Shown: piece by piece, positions 1-11,934 of the stretch
Position numbering within the stretch: position 1 is the first letter of the stretch
How the letters are laid out: every line of letters begins with the position of its first letter
DNA from: Octopus sinensis
Taxonomy: Eukaryota
Reading direction: 5' to 3'
Assembly (NCBI RefSeq): GCF_006345805.1
Contig: NC_043008.1
Location: 79,050,001 to 79,114,000, forward strand
DNA: 64,000 bases
Notes under the pieces: generated by a model
Seen by the model: the letters and a program-made list of their open reading frames with translations, nothing else
The model's database searches: none
Told to the model about the DNA's origin: nothing
Translations under genes and position numbers: made by a program

Positions 1-1715
1 GGTCATCCTATGTCATGCGGGAAAAGGAAAGACACTTACCATTCCTTTGTATTATTTTATCTTTCAAGGGGAATGGTTATCAAAACATTTGAGATCATTT
101 CCCGGCTTTCGTCCTTTTGTTTCAGGGCGGGTTCATCCGGTAGGTCAAACACTTTTTTAAAATCTTTTAGTGCCCCGATATGGTTAGGATGTAGTTTTGT
201 TAAGTCAAAAAATAAAGTTTTAGGAATCTTTGCTATGGTCATAGGGCAGTTTTTATAATTGTTAATGTATATCGATGTATCTCGATGGGGTCTAATGACC
301 CCATTTAGATAGACGTTTTTAGTTTTGTATGCCACTGTCACCAAGTCTTTGTTCTGGGGGATATCTATAAGTATATCTATGAATGATTGTCTTTTTTCAT
401 TTTTTTTCTTTCCGGTTTTGGTACCTTTGTTTTCGGGGCCTGTGTCTTTGTTGGAGAATCTGCATTCTTTGTTATTTTCCTAGAGACTGTATGAAACCCT
501 TCGTTTGTATCCTGCATACTTGTTTCTTGTTCACTGTCCATAATCTGTTCGTGTGTTGGCTGGTGAGAGGTGGTCGCTCCCTCGTTGATTGCCTCTTTGG
601 CCGGGAGTATCTTCTCTTGGGTAGGTACCCTCCTAGTAACGGCCTCCGTGGCCGGGAGTGCATCCTCTTTGGTTTTAGCTGAGGTTGTTTTTTTGTTTTG
701 CCTCCTCCTTGTTCACGAGTAACACCTCTTTTCCGAGAGGATTTTTGCCTGTTTTAGTTATAAGGCTCCCCTCATGGGGGTCGGCTTCCTTGGAGATGGT
801 AGTGGTGGGCTGGTTCATTTCTTTTTTGTTTTCTGGACATTTGTTTTTTAAGTGCCCTTTTTTCCCGCATTTATAACAACATAGCTTCCTGTCCTCTACA
901 TTGATGGAGGTATTTATATCGTCCATGACAATTACCTCAGATAGTTCTTCGAGGTCATTTGTGGTAGCTTGGACCAGGATCTCGAGGGTCTGGCCTCGCC
1001 AATTTTGTGGTCCGTCTCTTGTTATTTCGTTTATTTTTATTTTATCTTCTCTCTTATACAACAGCGTGGCCAGAATCCATCCCACCTCCATCTCAGGAGG
1101 GATATTTTTAATTTTAATTCGGGACGTCCCTCACCCCAGATATAGGGGCAACAACAAAATATTGCCACTTTGCAAGGTTCGAGTCGAATATTCTCTTGCA
1201 CGTTCCGTTGACTCGAACCTTGCTTCTATTGTGGCGAATTTATTACCTCTTGTTAGATAATTTATTTCTTTTAATGTCGCACCAAGACATCTCTCTATAG
1301 TGCTCTCTTCCAGGTGTTCAAATCTTTTACTTTCCGCGTTACAATCTTTATATATTATGGCTCTCTCCCTGATCCCGCTCTTGAGCTCTTTGGGTGGTGC
1401 TACCTCGATACGCCACCACTTTCGCTCATCAATCCGAAGAACGTTTGGACCTCCTCCACTTCTACGCCTATCTGCTGGCGACCGCCAACGGCTGCAGCGA
1501 AATTCACCCCTTGGCTTCCCTCCATTGAAGACATTCGAACACGACCCTTCCCGCAAAAACGGCGACTTCCCAAACAGAGACACAGTTCAATTTTTACACA
1601 AAAAAGTTCCTTCCCCCAAAGAGGGGGCCACAGTTTACAATATTCAACCAAATGCAATGCAACAACGCCTCCCCCACGGGAAACCAACAAACGTGACAAC
1701 AACAGTAATAATAAT
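1..1715 (-). mobile_element. Retroelement-like element with a degenerate gag/ORF1-like frame (CCHC zinc knuckle) and a downstream unassigned ORF; runs off the left window edge
   Basis: ORFs 1131-1583 and 675-1091 read as one broken frame ending in CYKCGKKGHLKNKC (CX2CX4HX4C). A homologous fragment lies at 60650-61390 (+). No RT motif is seen in the window. Confidence 0.65.
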
Positions 1716-2029
1716 AACAAACCTCACGGTCAAACAAGAAGCAGCACTCTGCAGACGCGTGTGAGGGCTGAAGTCGAAAAACCGAGAATAGTGAAAATCT
1801 AGCCTATTTAAGGGGTTTAGATGGCTCAAATCAAGCAGGCCTATCCGAAGACCGTGATTGGCTGGCTTTACACAATGGTGCAAAATAAGTAGGGAGACAG
1901 AACGCGCTAGATGCCAACCAATCAGATCAGTGGACACAACAGGATCAAACTAGCCAAAGATGTTTGTAATCTCAAACGAGATCATTCTTAGTGTGTCTCT
2001 CAAACAGTGAGGATATCAGATACGCTACA
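1716..2029 (-). mobile_element. Partial LTR-like repeat (5' part of the TGTAG...CTACA family)
   Basis: Its end (cagtgaggatatcagatacgctaca, 2029) matches the terminus of the copies at 2596, 5080 and 8377. Confidence 0.6.
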
Positions 2030-2595
2030 AGATTTTTAAGCAGCTTTTTCTCCAGCGCCTGCCCTCCAACAGGCAGGTGATCCTCGCTTCCACCACTTCC
2101 ATTGAGGAACTGGCGGAGCTGGCTGACAAAATAACCGACGTACCACATAGATATTTAATGGTATCGACGGTGACACCAATTGTTCGCCCTACAAATCCTT
2201 TACTTTCCGCGACCAGTTCTTCCGAAATTTCGGACTTGCGCACATCGATGACACAGCAGGTAGCGCAGATACAGATACAGACCATATCGCTTGGTACACT
2301 GCATCGAAGCAACAATCGATTTGGTAGACGGTCCCGAAGCCCGAGTTCCACGCGCAACTCGCATGAAACATGTTGGTACCACCGAAAGTTCGGAACGCGA
2401 GCGCAGAAATGCACGATCCCATGCTCGTTTTCAGCATCCAGTTCGGGAAACGTGTTTTTCGTTTGCGATCGTGTAACAGGCACGCGTTTCCTTGTTGACT
2501 CCGGCGCGGAAGTCAGCATAATCCCTGTTTCCAGCACTTCAGGCAAAAGAAGAGAGACACCAGTCTGTTTTCAGGCAGTTAACCTACAGTTAACC

Positions 2596-3649
2596 TGTAG
2601 CGTGGCTCGGTGATATCCTCACTGTTTTGAGAGATATATTAGAAATGATCTCGAGTTAGATAGCAACCATCGGCTATTTGGACCCTGTTGTGTCCACTGC
2701 TCTAATTGGTTGGCATTGGCGCAGTTTGTCTCTTGACTTATTTCGCGCCAATGTGTAAACCAACCAATCACAACCTTCCGATAAGGTCCCGTGACACTGT
2801 TTGAGCCACCTAAACCCTTTAAAAAGGCTATAACGACAAACTATTATTTGTCTTTGGTTCTAGTCCTTCTCAGGACTAACCTCTGACCACAGAGCGACTC
2901 TACCATGTTCCAACGACGACCAGACCAGCTAGTTTCAGCGACCCAGCCATGTTCCTGCTCCAGCAGCGCCGACGCCATAATCTCAGCCGTCGCCATCACC
3001 ACCGTTGACTTCAACGATGCGTACACAGCAACTCGCTCAGGTTAAAACTCCACGCTGTTGTGAATACTCACCAAGGTGAACAGCTCAGTCAGCCTGCGAG
3101 ATCTTCAGTACCAATGTAACCTGGCACAGCATTGAAGCCACAACCACTACACAACATGTATTCAACCGGCATTCAGCACTTGTAGCCCCAACATCCTGTT
3201 ACAGAACGAACTGCTATTATGTACCTTACTACGAACTGGTAAATTAACTCCATCTTGTCCAAAATATCCTGACTCATTCTATGCTCTGTATTGTATTCTG
3301 TCTCACTTGCATACACCTTGTTTGTACTTCTGTCGCACACAGGAACACACAGACACAAACATTTGTTGCACGCACCGTTGTTATACTTACAACGGACACA
3401 TAGACACACATGTGCACGCACTCAGACACTACACTCTACTAGCATCCATACACATTCTTATTGTACACATCTGTAAAATAAAGTCATCTTTCTCTCGAAC
3501 AGTAGAACGGTTGTGTGGCCTTTCTTATTCCTTTTGGCACTTATTCATTTATACCATGTATTTGGCTTATTTTGTTAGAGACGACCGTGCGGCGTTTAAA
3601 AGGAGACATTTCTGTCACTAACTCCTTTACGTACGGTCGTTTTACTACA
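2596..3649 (+). mobile_element. Solo-LTR-like insertion (TGTAG...CTACA) in the Gypsy protease region
   Basis: TG...CA termini with a 5-bp inverted repeat; similar to 4302-5080 and 7440-8377. No clean TSD. Confidence 0.7.
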
Positions 3650-4301
3650 GTCTCAAACGCTGAACTTAGGACTACGCCGCCCCTTCCAGTGGGTATTTGT
3701 CATAGCTAAACTGCCGGCCCCTATCTTAGGAGCCGATTTCCTGCATCATTTCGGTCTTCTGGTAGACATTAAACACAGAAGACTTGTCAACAGAACCACA
3801 CAGCTCACTGTCCGCGGTATAGTCGCTCGTATGGCCACAGTCAACCCAAATATTTTGCTAACATCGACAACTCGTCACAGTGCTATCCTGAAAGAATATC
3901 CGAACGTCGTTCGACCAGTATTCCATAGTCAGCCGATCAAACATGAAGTCACCCAACACAAGATCAACGGTCCGCCTGTTGCTGCACGACCCCGAAGGTT
4001 ACCACCAGATCGTCTCAAGGCCGTCAAGCAAGAATTCCAGCATATGCCCGGCCTTGGAATCATCCACCCGTCCAACAGCAACTGGTCCTCGCCAATACAC
4101 TGAGTTCCAAAAAAAAAAAAAATCCTCAACCGATTGGCGAGTTTGCGGTGATTATCGATCGCTGAATAACTACACTGTAAGTGGTGCATATCTTGTCCTC
4201 CATCTCCAAGACTTTTCTAGCTCGCATTATGTCAAAGATTGACCTCATACGAGCATACAACCAAACACAGCAGTCACGACATCCTTCGGAATGTTTGAAT
4301 T

Positions 4302-5080
4302 TGTAGAGAACCGTGCGTAAAGGAGTTAGTGACAAAAATGTCTCCTTTTAAACACCACACGGTCGCCCTTACAAAGAAAAAAGCCAAATAAATGGTATAA
4401 AGGAATTAGTGTCAAAAGGAATAAGTAAGATAAACACAACAGTTCTACTGCTTGGGAGAAAGATAGACTTTATTTACAGATGTGTGCATGGGTGATAGCA
4501 GAGTGTTTGTCTGAATGTGTGCGACAAGTATGTCTGTATGTCCGTTGTAAGTACTAACAACGGTACGTGCAACAAGTGTTTGTGTCTGTGTGTCCGTGTG
4601 TGTTATAAGAATGAGACGGGCGAATGTTGTGCACGTATCGGCGTTGGAGAAGACGGCATCAAAGTGAAGTCGACGATGGTGATGGCGGAGAAGGGCGACG
4701 TTGCGGTAATGGAAAACGTCTTGCTTGATGGTGTATGTTGGTGTCGTCGCGGGAACTGGTTGGTCTGGTCATCGCTGGAACTGGCTGCTCTGTGGTGGTC
4801 AATGATCGAAAACCAAAGACGAGAAATAGTGATTTGTTGGCGCCTTTTAAAGCAGATGGTGGGCTCCAGTGAAAACCCAAAAATACTGTCATGGGACCTT
4901 ATCTGAAGGCCGTGATTGGTTGGTTTACACACTGGCGCGAAATAAAACTGCACCAAAACCAACCAATCAGAGTAGCGGACCCAACTGAGCCTAATCAGCC
5001 GAAAGATAGCTGCTATCTATCACGACATCATTTCTAATGATCTCTCTCAAACAGTGAGGATATTATCGAGCTACGCTACA
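4302..5080 (-). mobile_element. Solo LTR with 4-bp target-site duplication AATT
   Basis: aatt (4298-4301)|tgtag...ctaca|aatt (5081-5084). Removing the insert restores the Gypsy RT frame. Confidence 0.85.
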
Positions 5081-6363
5081 AATTCCTGCGTATGCGTTTC
5101 GGTTTACGCATTTACACACAAGCTTGCGCGCACGTTTGCCTCACTTACTTGGAGACATGTGATTGCAAACAGAATATATTTATGTAACGTTACAAGCTTT
5201 CCTTCAATTAACTTTATCTGTTAACGCATTACCTCCAGTAATAAATGTTATGACTTATTACAAACGTCTCGCGAATTTCCATTTTCTTGTTGTTACGTAG
5301 AAGATGGTGACCCCTCTGTAGTGACCCTATAGCGGTGCGCGCTCGCACACCGTCCATTTGTATTTCGCGCGTGTTGGTGCCTTTACCAAGGCACAGAAAG
5401 GAAGGGCCCTCTCGCGCATGCGCGAACCACCGGAAGCACGACCCGCTTGCCTATCGTGGTAGTTAGTGAGGCAAGGGGGTCGTAGAACGTTTGACCACTA
5501 GCAGCAGTCATCGGGGACTTGGGACCCAGCGATTGAAGGTGGCGGTCACGATATATTTTCTCTCCGGTTGATAGCAGCAGTCGGCCGAATGCCTTTAACC
5601 AAATTGTTGCCGACCACATTCAACTTCCCTGTTCGACGCCATCTTGACCCCTTTCTGGTTTAGCGGCTGGACATTGTAAATATTACAATCGATTGACTTT
5701 CAGCCTTGCGCGCCCAGAACCAAGGACATCAGATAACACACTTATTGTTATTGTTACCAAGAAAGAGAATAAAGTAGTTATATGTATATTTTACGTCTGC
5801 GTCTTGTTGTTTCTGACTGGTAGAATGTCTGGATTATTAAAGCAACGGCGAGTGAGTGATTGCTTTCTTGTACCCCGAAAGTACAAGACAAGATATTCAC
5901 ACACACACATCAAGCTCGTTACACCTTTCTCTCATACTCATTAAATTATAGTGTGTCATTTAATCGATATTACCACAATAAAACGGTAACCCTGACATCA
6001 CTATACCATTTCTTACAATTTCACTCTTGTCCATTGCTGTTACATCGGTTAACGTGTGACGAAGTCAGCAACTCTTTGACCACTTCTGGTCTGGAGCCTA
6101 TAAAACATGTGGCTTCCCTCCCAAACAAGATTTTTGATTCCCCTGTGGTGAAGCTAGCTTTTTCATTCAACTTCACGATTGTCCATTGCAGCGACTTCCA
6201 TTCCTTTGTGGCTGTAACCTATAAAACACATGGTTTTCCTCCCGAAGCCGCTTTCTTGATTTGGTATCTGACACCATCATATCACGGCGCATAATGTCCA
6301 GCCGATAAGCTAAGAAACTCTCTTGTTTTTTAATCGTTAATTCATTCTCTTCATCTATTTAAC

Positions 6364-6702
6364 TTGTATTACTAATATGCAAAACAATCCTCACATAAAT
6401 TAACTCGTAAGATTAATGCCGAGCTAGCCTGTACTCCTATTTCATCATTGTTTAGTTTTATCTAAACTGTATTAGTAACATGCTAAAAGTTCTTGAGATT
6501 TTCGGTTCCCTTGTGATGAAGCTAGCTATTTCCTTCAATTTTTGTATTACTAACATGCAAAACAATCCTGAGTTAAATTAACTTCGTAAGCTTAATGGAA
6601 GCTAGCCTGTAGTCCTATTTCATCGTTGTTTACTTTCGTCTTAATTCTATTATTAACTTGCTAAACGTTCTTGTGATAAAGCTAGCCATTTCCTTCAATT
6701 TT
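6364..6702. repeat. Two diverged tandem copies of a ~170-180-bp unit
   Basis: ttgtattactaa(t/c)atgcaaaacaatcct...gctagcctgta(c/g)tcctatttcatc...gctagc(t/c)atttccttcaatttt occurs at ~6364 and ~6542. Confidence 0.75.
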
Positions 6703-6729
6703 GGGCGGATGTATAGAACATGGACCGCA

Positions 6730-7190
6730 CCCGCTTTCGGTTACTTTCATACGGTGGCAATTTCATACGACACCGTTACGGAAAATCCCATTTTCCGTAG
6801 CGGTGTCGTATGAAATTGTCACCCATAATTATAACCCTAGTATCGATCTATTGCATTTCAATCTATTTTAGGGTTGGGGTTAGGGGTGGGGGAAGGGTAT
6901 TTTTTTTTCTTCGCAAATGTAAATAAACCCAATCTGTTTCTTAAACGAGAGACATATTCATACAGCACGGAATGTTTTCACCCCAAATAGAGGTCAGCGA
7001 TTGGTTAAAATTGCCGAAATGCTCGAAATTAAAGTCGAAATATGTTACAACATATAGAATTTTCTCAATAAAGCCAAGAAAAAATGATGTTTTATAAACA
7101 CATTCTACCAGTATACGAAGTTTAAAAGTGTTTAGTTAACTAGAAATTGTGTTGAAAACTGCCGTTCAAAAGGAAAAGATCCGTTTTTTG
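6730..7190. mobile_element. Non-autonomous interspersed repeat with a terminal hairpin; related inverted fragment at 8915-8987
   Basis: 29-bp-arm hairpin at 6758-6818. The segment tacgaagtttaaaagtgtttagtta...aaaagatcc recurs reverse-complemented at 8915-8987. Confidence 0.55.
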
Positions 7191-7439
7191 GGCGAAATAC
7201 ATAGAAAAATACGGAAATTATGATTCTGAAAAACGGATGGGGGTGTTTATTTATGTATTTATTTATTTTTGAACAAATGAAATTTTACAAAAGTTTTTTT
7301 TCATTATATTTTCATTATTTTTTTCTGTATTTTTTTACGTATTTCGCCAAAAAAAAATTCTAAATTAAACTGAAAAATTGGGGAATGGGGTGGATTAAAA
7401 TATTGAATTGCCGATCTTTTAGCACATTCGGAATCTCCG

Positions 7440-8377
7440 CAGACGAATAAGTGGGTTATAAAGAATAAGAGTGCCAGTAAAGAATAAACAGAAAAACACA
7501 ACCGTTCTACAGCTTGAGAGAGAGGAGATTTTATTTACAAATGTGTGTACAATAATAAGAGCGAGTGTGAGCGCTAGCAGAGTGTGGTGTCTGAGTGAGT
7601 TTGTGTCTGTGTGTGCGACAGAAGTACAAACAAGTTGTACTCATGTGAAACAGAATACAATACAGAGCACAGAATGAATGTCCAGACACAAGATGAAGAT
7701 AAATACCAGTTCATACAGGTACACAATAGCAGTCCGTTCTGTGTCAATGAAATTGGGGCAAAGAGGAGAGTAGTTACTACGCGTGTAAAAGTTGGGCTTC
7801 GATCCATTTGCCAGGTTACATTGGTATAGAAGATCTCGCCGGTAGTGTTTTGCTGTTAACCTTGGTGTGTATACACGAACAGCATGTAAGCTAAACTTGA
7901 GCGAGTTGCTGTGTACGTATCGTTGAGGTCGACGATGGTGACGGCGACGGTAAAGAACGGCGACGTTGAGATGAAGGCGACAGTGGTGGAGACGTCCTGC
8001 GTTGCTGGTGTATATTGGTGTCGTCATTGGCTGTAGCAGGAACATGGCTGGTCTGGTCGTCGCTGGAACTGGCTGCTCTGTGGTGGTGTGGTCAATGGCC
8101 GAAGACCAAAGACAGACATAGCGAATGCTGGGGCCTTTTAAAGGTAAGGGTAGGCTCCAGAAGAAAACCCAAAAGACTGTCACATGATCTTATTGGAAGG
8201 TACTCATTGGTTGGTTCACACATTGGCGCGAAATAAGTCAAGAGACTAACTGTGCCAATGCCAACCAATCAGAGCAGTGGACACAACAGGGTCCAAACAG
8301 CGGCCAAAAGTTAATTATCTGCTACGACATTATTTCTAATATATCTCTCAGTGAGGATATCACCGAGCTACGTTACA
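7440..8377 (-). mobile_element. LTR-like repeat of the same family, degenerate at one end
   Basis: Ends cagtgaggatatcaccgagctacgttaca (8377); internal similarity to 2596-3649 and 4302-5080. Confidence 0.7.
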
Positions 8378-9081
8378 CAACTATAACTCAACGTTTACAT
8401 TTTCTCAGCCACGCTCGCATAGATAGAAGTTGATCTCAATTATATAGAATTATCCCTCGAATAGGCTATTTATTATGAAGATATACCAATAATATATAAA
8501 CTAAAAATGTTTTTATTGCGTATATTATAATTATTTTTTATTGTGTTAATCTGTTTACGTTTGTCTGTGGTTATTGTACCGAGGCTGACGTTAGCTTACT
8601 TAAAATTCAGTTTGACTTTTAGAAGGGTGATATAAGATGACCCCAAAGTTTTAGGGTAAATTTCATGAATTAAAGGTAGTCTTATACGCGGAAATATACA
8701 GTACTTCCATCTTTTGAGCAGGTATGGGAGATTGTTTAACAGATACTCCGTAAGATTTGCCTACTCCACTACTAGAAACCTTGCACAAATCATAGCGTCC
8801 ACAACGCTTGTAGATTAAGAGAAATAGAAAACTCAAAATCAATTGAGCTAGACAAGAATAGAATAGGCAAAAATAAAGTCAGTAAGGCCAAGGTTAAGAC
8901 TAATAAGGAGGACAAGAGGATCTTTTCGCTTTGACCGGCAGATTTTTAAAATAATGTCTTTGTAACTAAACACTTTTAAACTTCGTATGAAATCTTTGGT
9001 TTGCAAGTGGGATACCCCGAAGATCAAGTCTAGATTTACCCCAGTGAGTTCACGAAAAAACAAAAGACGAAGACAGGTGGT

Positions 9082-9420
9082 GTATATATATATATATACA
9101 TATATATGCATGCATGTATATATATATGTATATATATATATATATATACATATATATGCATGCATGTATATATATATATATATATATGTATGTGTATATA
9201 TATATATATATGTATGTGTATATATATATATATATATGTACGTGTATATATATATATATGTATATATAAGTATGTGTATATATATGTACGTGTATATATA
9301 TATATATATGTGTGTGTATATATATGTACGTGTATATATATACATATATGTATATATATATATATGTACGTGTATATATATATATGTGTATATATAAGTA
9401 TGTGTATATATATATGTGTG

Positions 9421-9465
<45 letters not shown>

Positions 9466-9475
9466 TATATATAAT
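9082..9475. repeat. Compound (TA)n/(TATG)n microsatellite
   Basis: Direct inspection. Confidence 0.95.
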
Positions 9476-9946
9476 TAGTGAATGGAAGAAATGGAGTTGA
9501 ACGAAGATTGTACAGAATTCCTTTTATTACATTCCAGCGTTTGCTTCTAAAAAACCGACCAATCGCCTAAGGGGAGTAATTTCCCCTTGCTGGAATTATA
9601 TACCCTCCTGATTCTTTGACGATGATAATTTTTAGACAAGCAGGCCACAGACGAACACACGAACACAGAATTATTTCAGCCGCCTGACAGGCTTTTTTCA
9701 GCAGTGCTCATTATCTAGCGCCCCTCGCCAACATAAAATCAATTTTATAAAAAAATAAATATGTTCTCTAACCAATAAATTGACTGCTGCTAATTATTAG
9801 CTGCAGGCTATTTTCTTCGGGTCTCAACGCGCCAAAGTGGAAGGCATTTGAAATATACATTCGAATGTAATAGGTTGAACTCCACGCACATGATGATACT
9901 CCGGTATCGTTTTTGCATCTAGTTAAGCAAATTGCATTTATATCGG

Positions 9947-10011
9947 CCATGCTGATGAAGACTACAGGTATCCTTATGGATAATAATAGTCGAAACTGAT
10001 TCAGTACATGG
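9947..10011 (+). ncRNA. Type I hammerhead ribozyme motif, copy 1
   Basis: ccatg-CTGATGA-a-gacta[cagg tatcc ttat ggata ataa]tagtc-GAAA-ctgattcag-TA-catgg. Stems I, II and III all pair; predicted GUA cleavage after 10006. Confidence 0.8.
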
Positions 10012-10456
10012 ATAAGTATTGTTTTTCGTATATTTTCACTTGTTTATTGCTTGGGTTTGTGTTGAGTTTGATTTGAGAACATAATGTTTTGTGGAGAATG
10101 GCGATTTGACGTCTATATCTAGCATGTTGACTGTCCACTTTTTCGTGTTCAGTCCTTAATTGGTATATATAAATATTTAATCTTCGGATTCTTTTTTAAT
10201 ATGCTAGACCACTGGTTTTAATTGATAAATATTGATTTCTACCCTTAATTAATTTTATAAAAAAATAAATATGTTCTCTAACCAATAAATTGACTGCTGC
10301 TAATTATTAGCTGCAGGCTATTTTCTTCGGGTCTCAACGCGCCAAAGTGGAAGGCATTTGAAATATACATTCGAATGTAATAGGTTGAACTCCACGCACA
10401 TGATGATACTCCGGTATCGTTTTTGCATCTAGTTAAGCAAATTGCATTTATATCGG

Positions 10457-10521
10457 CCATGCTGATGAAGACTACGGGAATCCTTACGGATAATAATAGT
10501 CGAAACTGATTCAGTACATGG
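10457..10521 (+). ncRNA. Type I hammerhead ribozyme motif, copy 2
   Basis: Same core; three substitutions confined to distal stem II. Predicted cleavage after 10516. Confidence 0.8.
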
Positions 10522-10966
10522 ATAAGTATTGTTTTTCGTATATTTTCACTTGTTTATTGCTTGGGTTTGTGTTGAGTTTGATTTGAGAACATAATGTTTT
10601 GTGGAGAATGGCGATTTGACGTCTATATCTAACATGTTGACTGTCCACTTTTTCGTGTTCAGTCCTTAATTGGTATATATAAATATTTAATCTTCGGATT
10701 CTTTTTTAATATGCTAGACCACTGGTTTTAATTGATAAATATTGATTTCTACCCTTAATTAATTTTATAAAAAAATAAATATGTTCTCTAACCAATAAAT
10801 TGACTGCTGCTAATTATTAGCTGCAGGCTATTTTCTTCGGGTCTCAACGCACCAAAGTGGAAGGCATTTGAAATATACATTCGAATGTAATAGGTTGAAC
10901 TCCACACACATGATGATACTCCGGTATCGTTTTTGCATCTAGTTAAGCAAATTGCATTTATATCGG

Positions 10967-11031
10967 CCATGCTGATGAAGACTACAGGTATCCTTATGGA
11001 TAATAATAGTCGAAACTGATTCAGTACATGG
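10967..11031 (+). ncRNA. Type I hammerhead ribozyme motif, copy 3
   Basis: Motif identical to copy 1. Predicted cleavage after 11026. Confidence 0.8.
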
Positions 11032-11252
11032 ATAAGTATTGTTTTTCGTATATTTTCACTTGTTTATTGCTTGGGTTTGTGTTGAGTTTGATTTGAGAAC
11101 ATAATGTTTTGTGGAGAATGGCGATTTGACGTCTATATCTAGCATGTTGACTGTCCACTTTTTCGTGTTCAGTCCTTAATTGGTATATATATATGTAGAT
11201 GTACTTGCATAGCGAGTGACTTGATCTGAGATTGTGTGCTGGAACAAAAACA

Positions 11253-11534
11253 ATTGCAGCGTGGAAGGTGTTTATAAGCCATTTAAGAAACACGCAAAAA
11301 TCATTAGATTCACTTCAACATTTAAATTTAATTTGTCAAAATATTTTTGTCGCTTTGAGACCGCGACATGTTCACTGACAAAATTTCATGCTGATACACG
11401 AAGTTTTGTCAGTGAACATGTCGCGGTCTCAAAGCGACAAAAAATATTTTGACAAATTAATTTAAATGTTGAAGTGAATCTAACAATTTTTGTGTGTTTC
11501 TTAAATGGTTTATAAACACCTTCCACGCTGCAAT
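11253..11534. mobile_element. Palindromic MITE-like element
   Basis: ~130-bp arms (11253-11383, 11404-11534) are near-perfect reverse complements around a 20-bp spacer. Confidence 0.85.
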
Positions 11535-11556
11535 ATATATATACACACACACACAT

Positions 11557-11595
<39 letters not shown>

Positions 11596-11649
11596 CATAT
11601 ATATATATATATATTACATATATATATATACATATATATATATACATAT

Positions 11650-11934
11650 GGAGGCGCAATGGCCTAGTGGTTAGGGCAGCGGACTCGCGGTCGCAGAATC
11701 GCGGTTTCGATTCCCAGACCGGGTGTTGAGTGTGTTTATTGAGCGAAAACACCTAAAAGCTCCACGAGGCTCCGACAGGGGGTGGTGATCCCTGCTGTAC
11801 TCTTTCACCACTCTTTCTCCTGTTGGCCAGCTCGCTTAGCCAGCGGGGTGGCATCATTCGAAGGCTAAAACAATGCGAACGCATTGTGACCAGCGATGTG
11901 TAACAACATCTGATGGTCTGGTTGATTACGTGAT
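11650..11934 (+). mobile_element. tRNA-derived SINE, near intact
   Basis: A-box TGGCCTAGTGG, B-box GGTTTCGATTCCC and a non-tRNA body. An internally deleted reverse fragment of the 3' end is at ~50505-50575. Confidence 0.85.

Larger units (their letters stand above)
2030..5110 (+). mobile_element. Degenerate Ty3/Gypsy LTR retrotransposon (gag-protease-RT), interrupted by two LTR-like insertions
   Basis: Gag LFLQRLP and CWYHRKFG..KC, protease FLVDSGAEVS, LNLGLRRPFQWVF..PILGADFL, RT WSSPIH/DWRVCGDYRSLN. The motif TSFGMFEF|LRMRFGLR is split by the 4302-5080 insertion. Confidence 0.9.
9741..11191 (+). repeat. Tandem array of a 510-bp unit (~2.84 copies, near-identical)
   Basis: Units start at 9741, 10251 and 10761. 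ORF-track duplicates at 9768/10278/10788 confirm the 510 period. Only a few substitutions separate the copies. Confidence 0.97.

Noticed and set aside
8679-8703. Tc1/pogo-like TIR end (gtcttatacgcggaaatatacag|ta)
   Set aside because: Only one end was found and no transposase remnant.
11650-11725. Possible tRNA gene
   Set aside because: It continues into a SINE body and no clean cloverleaf could be drawn.
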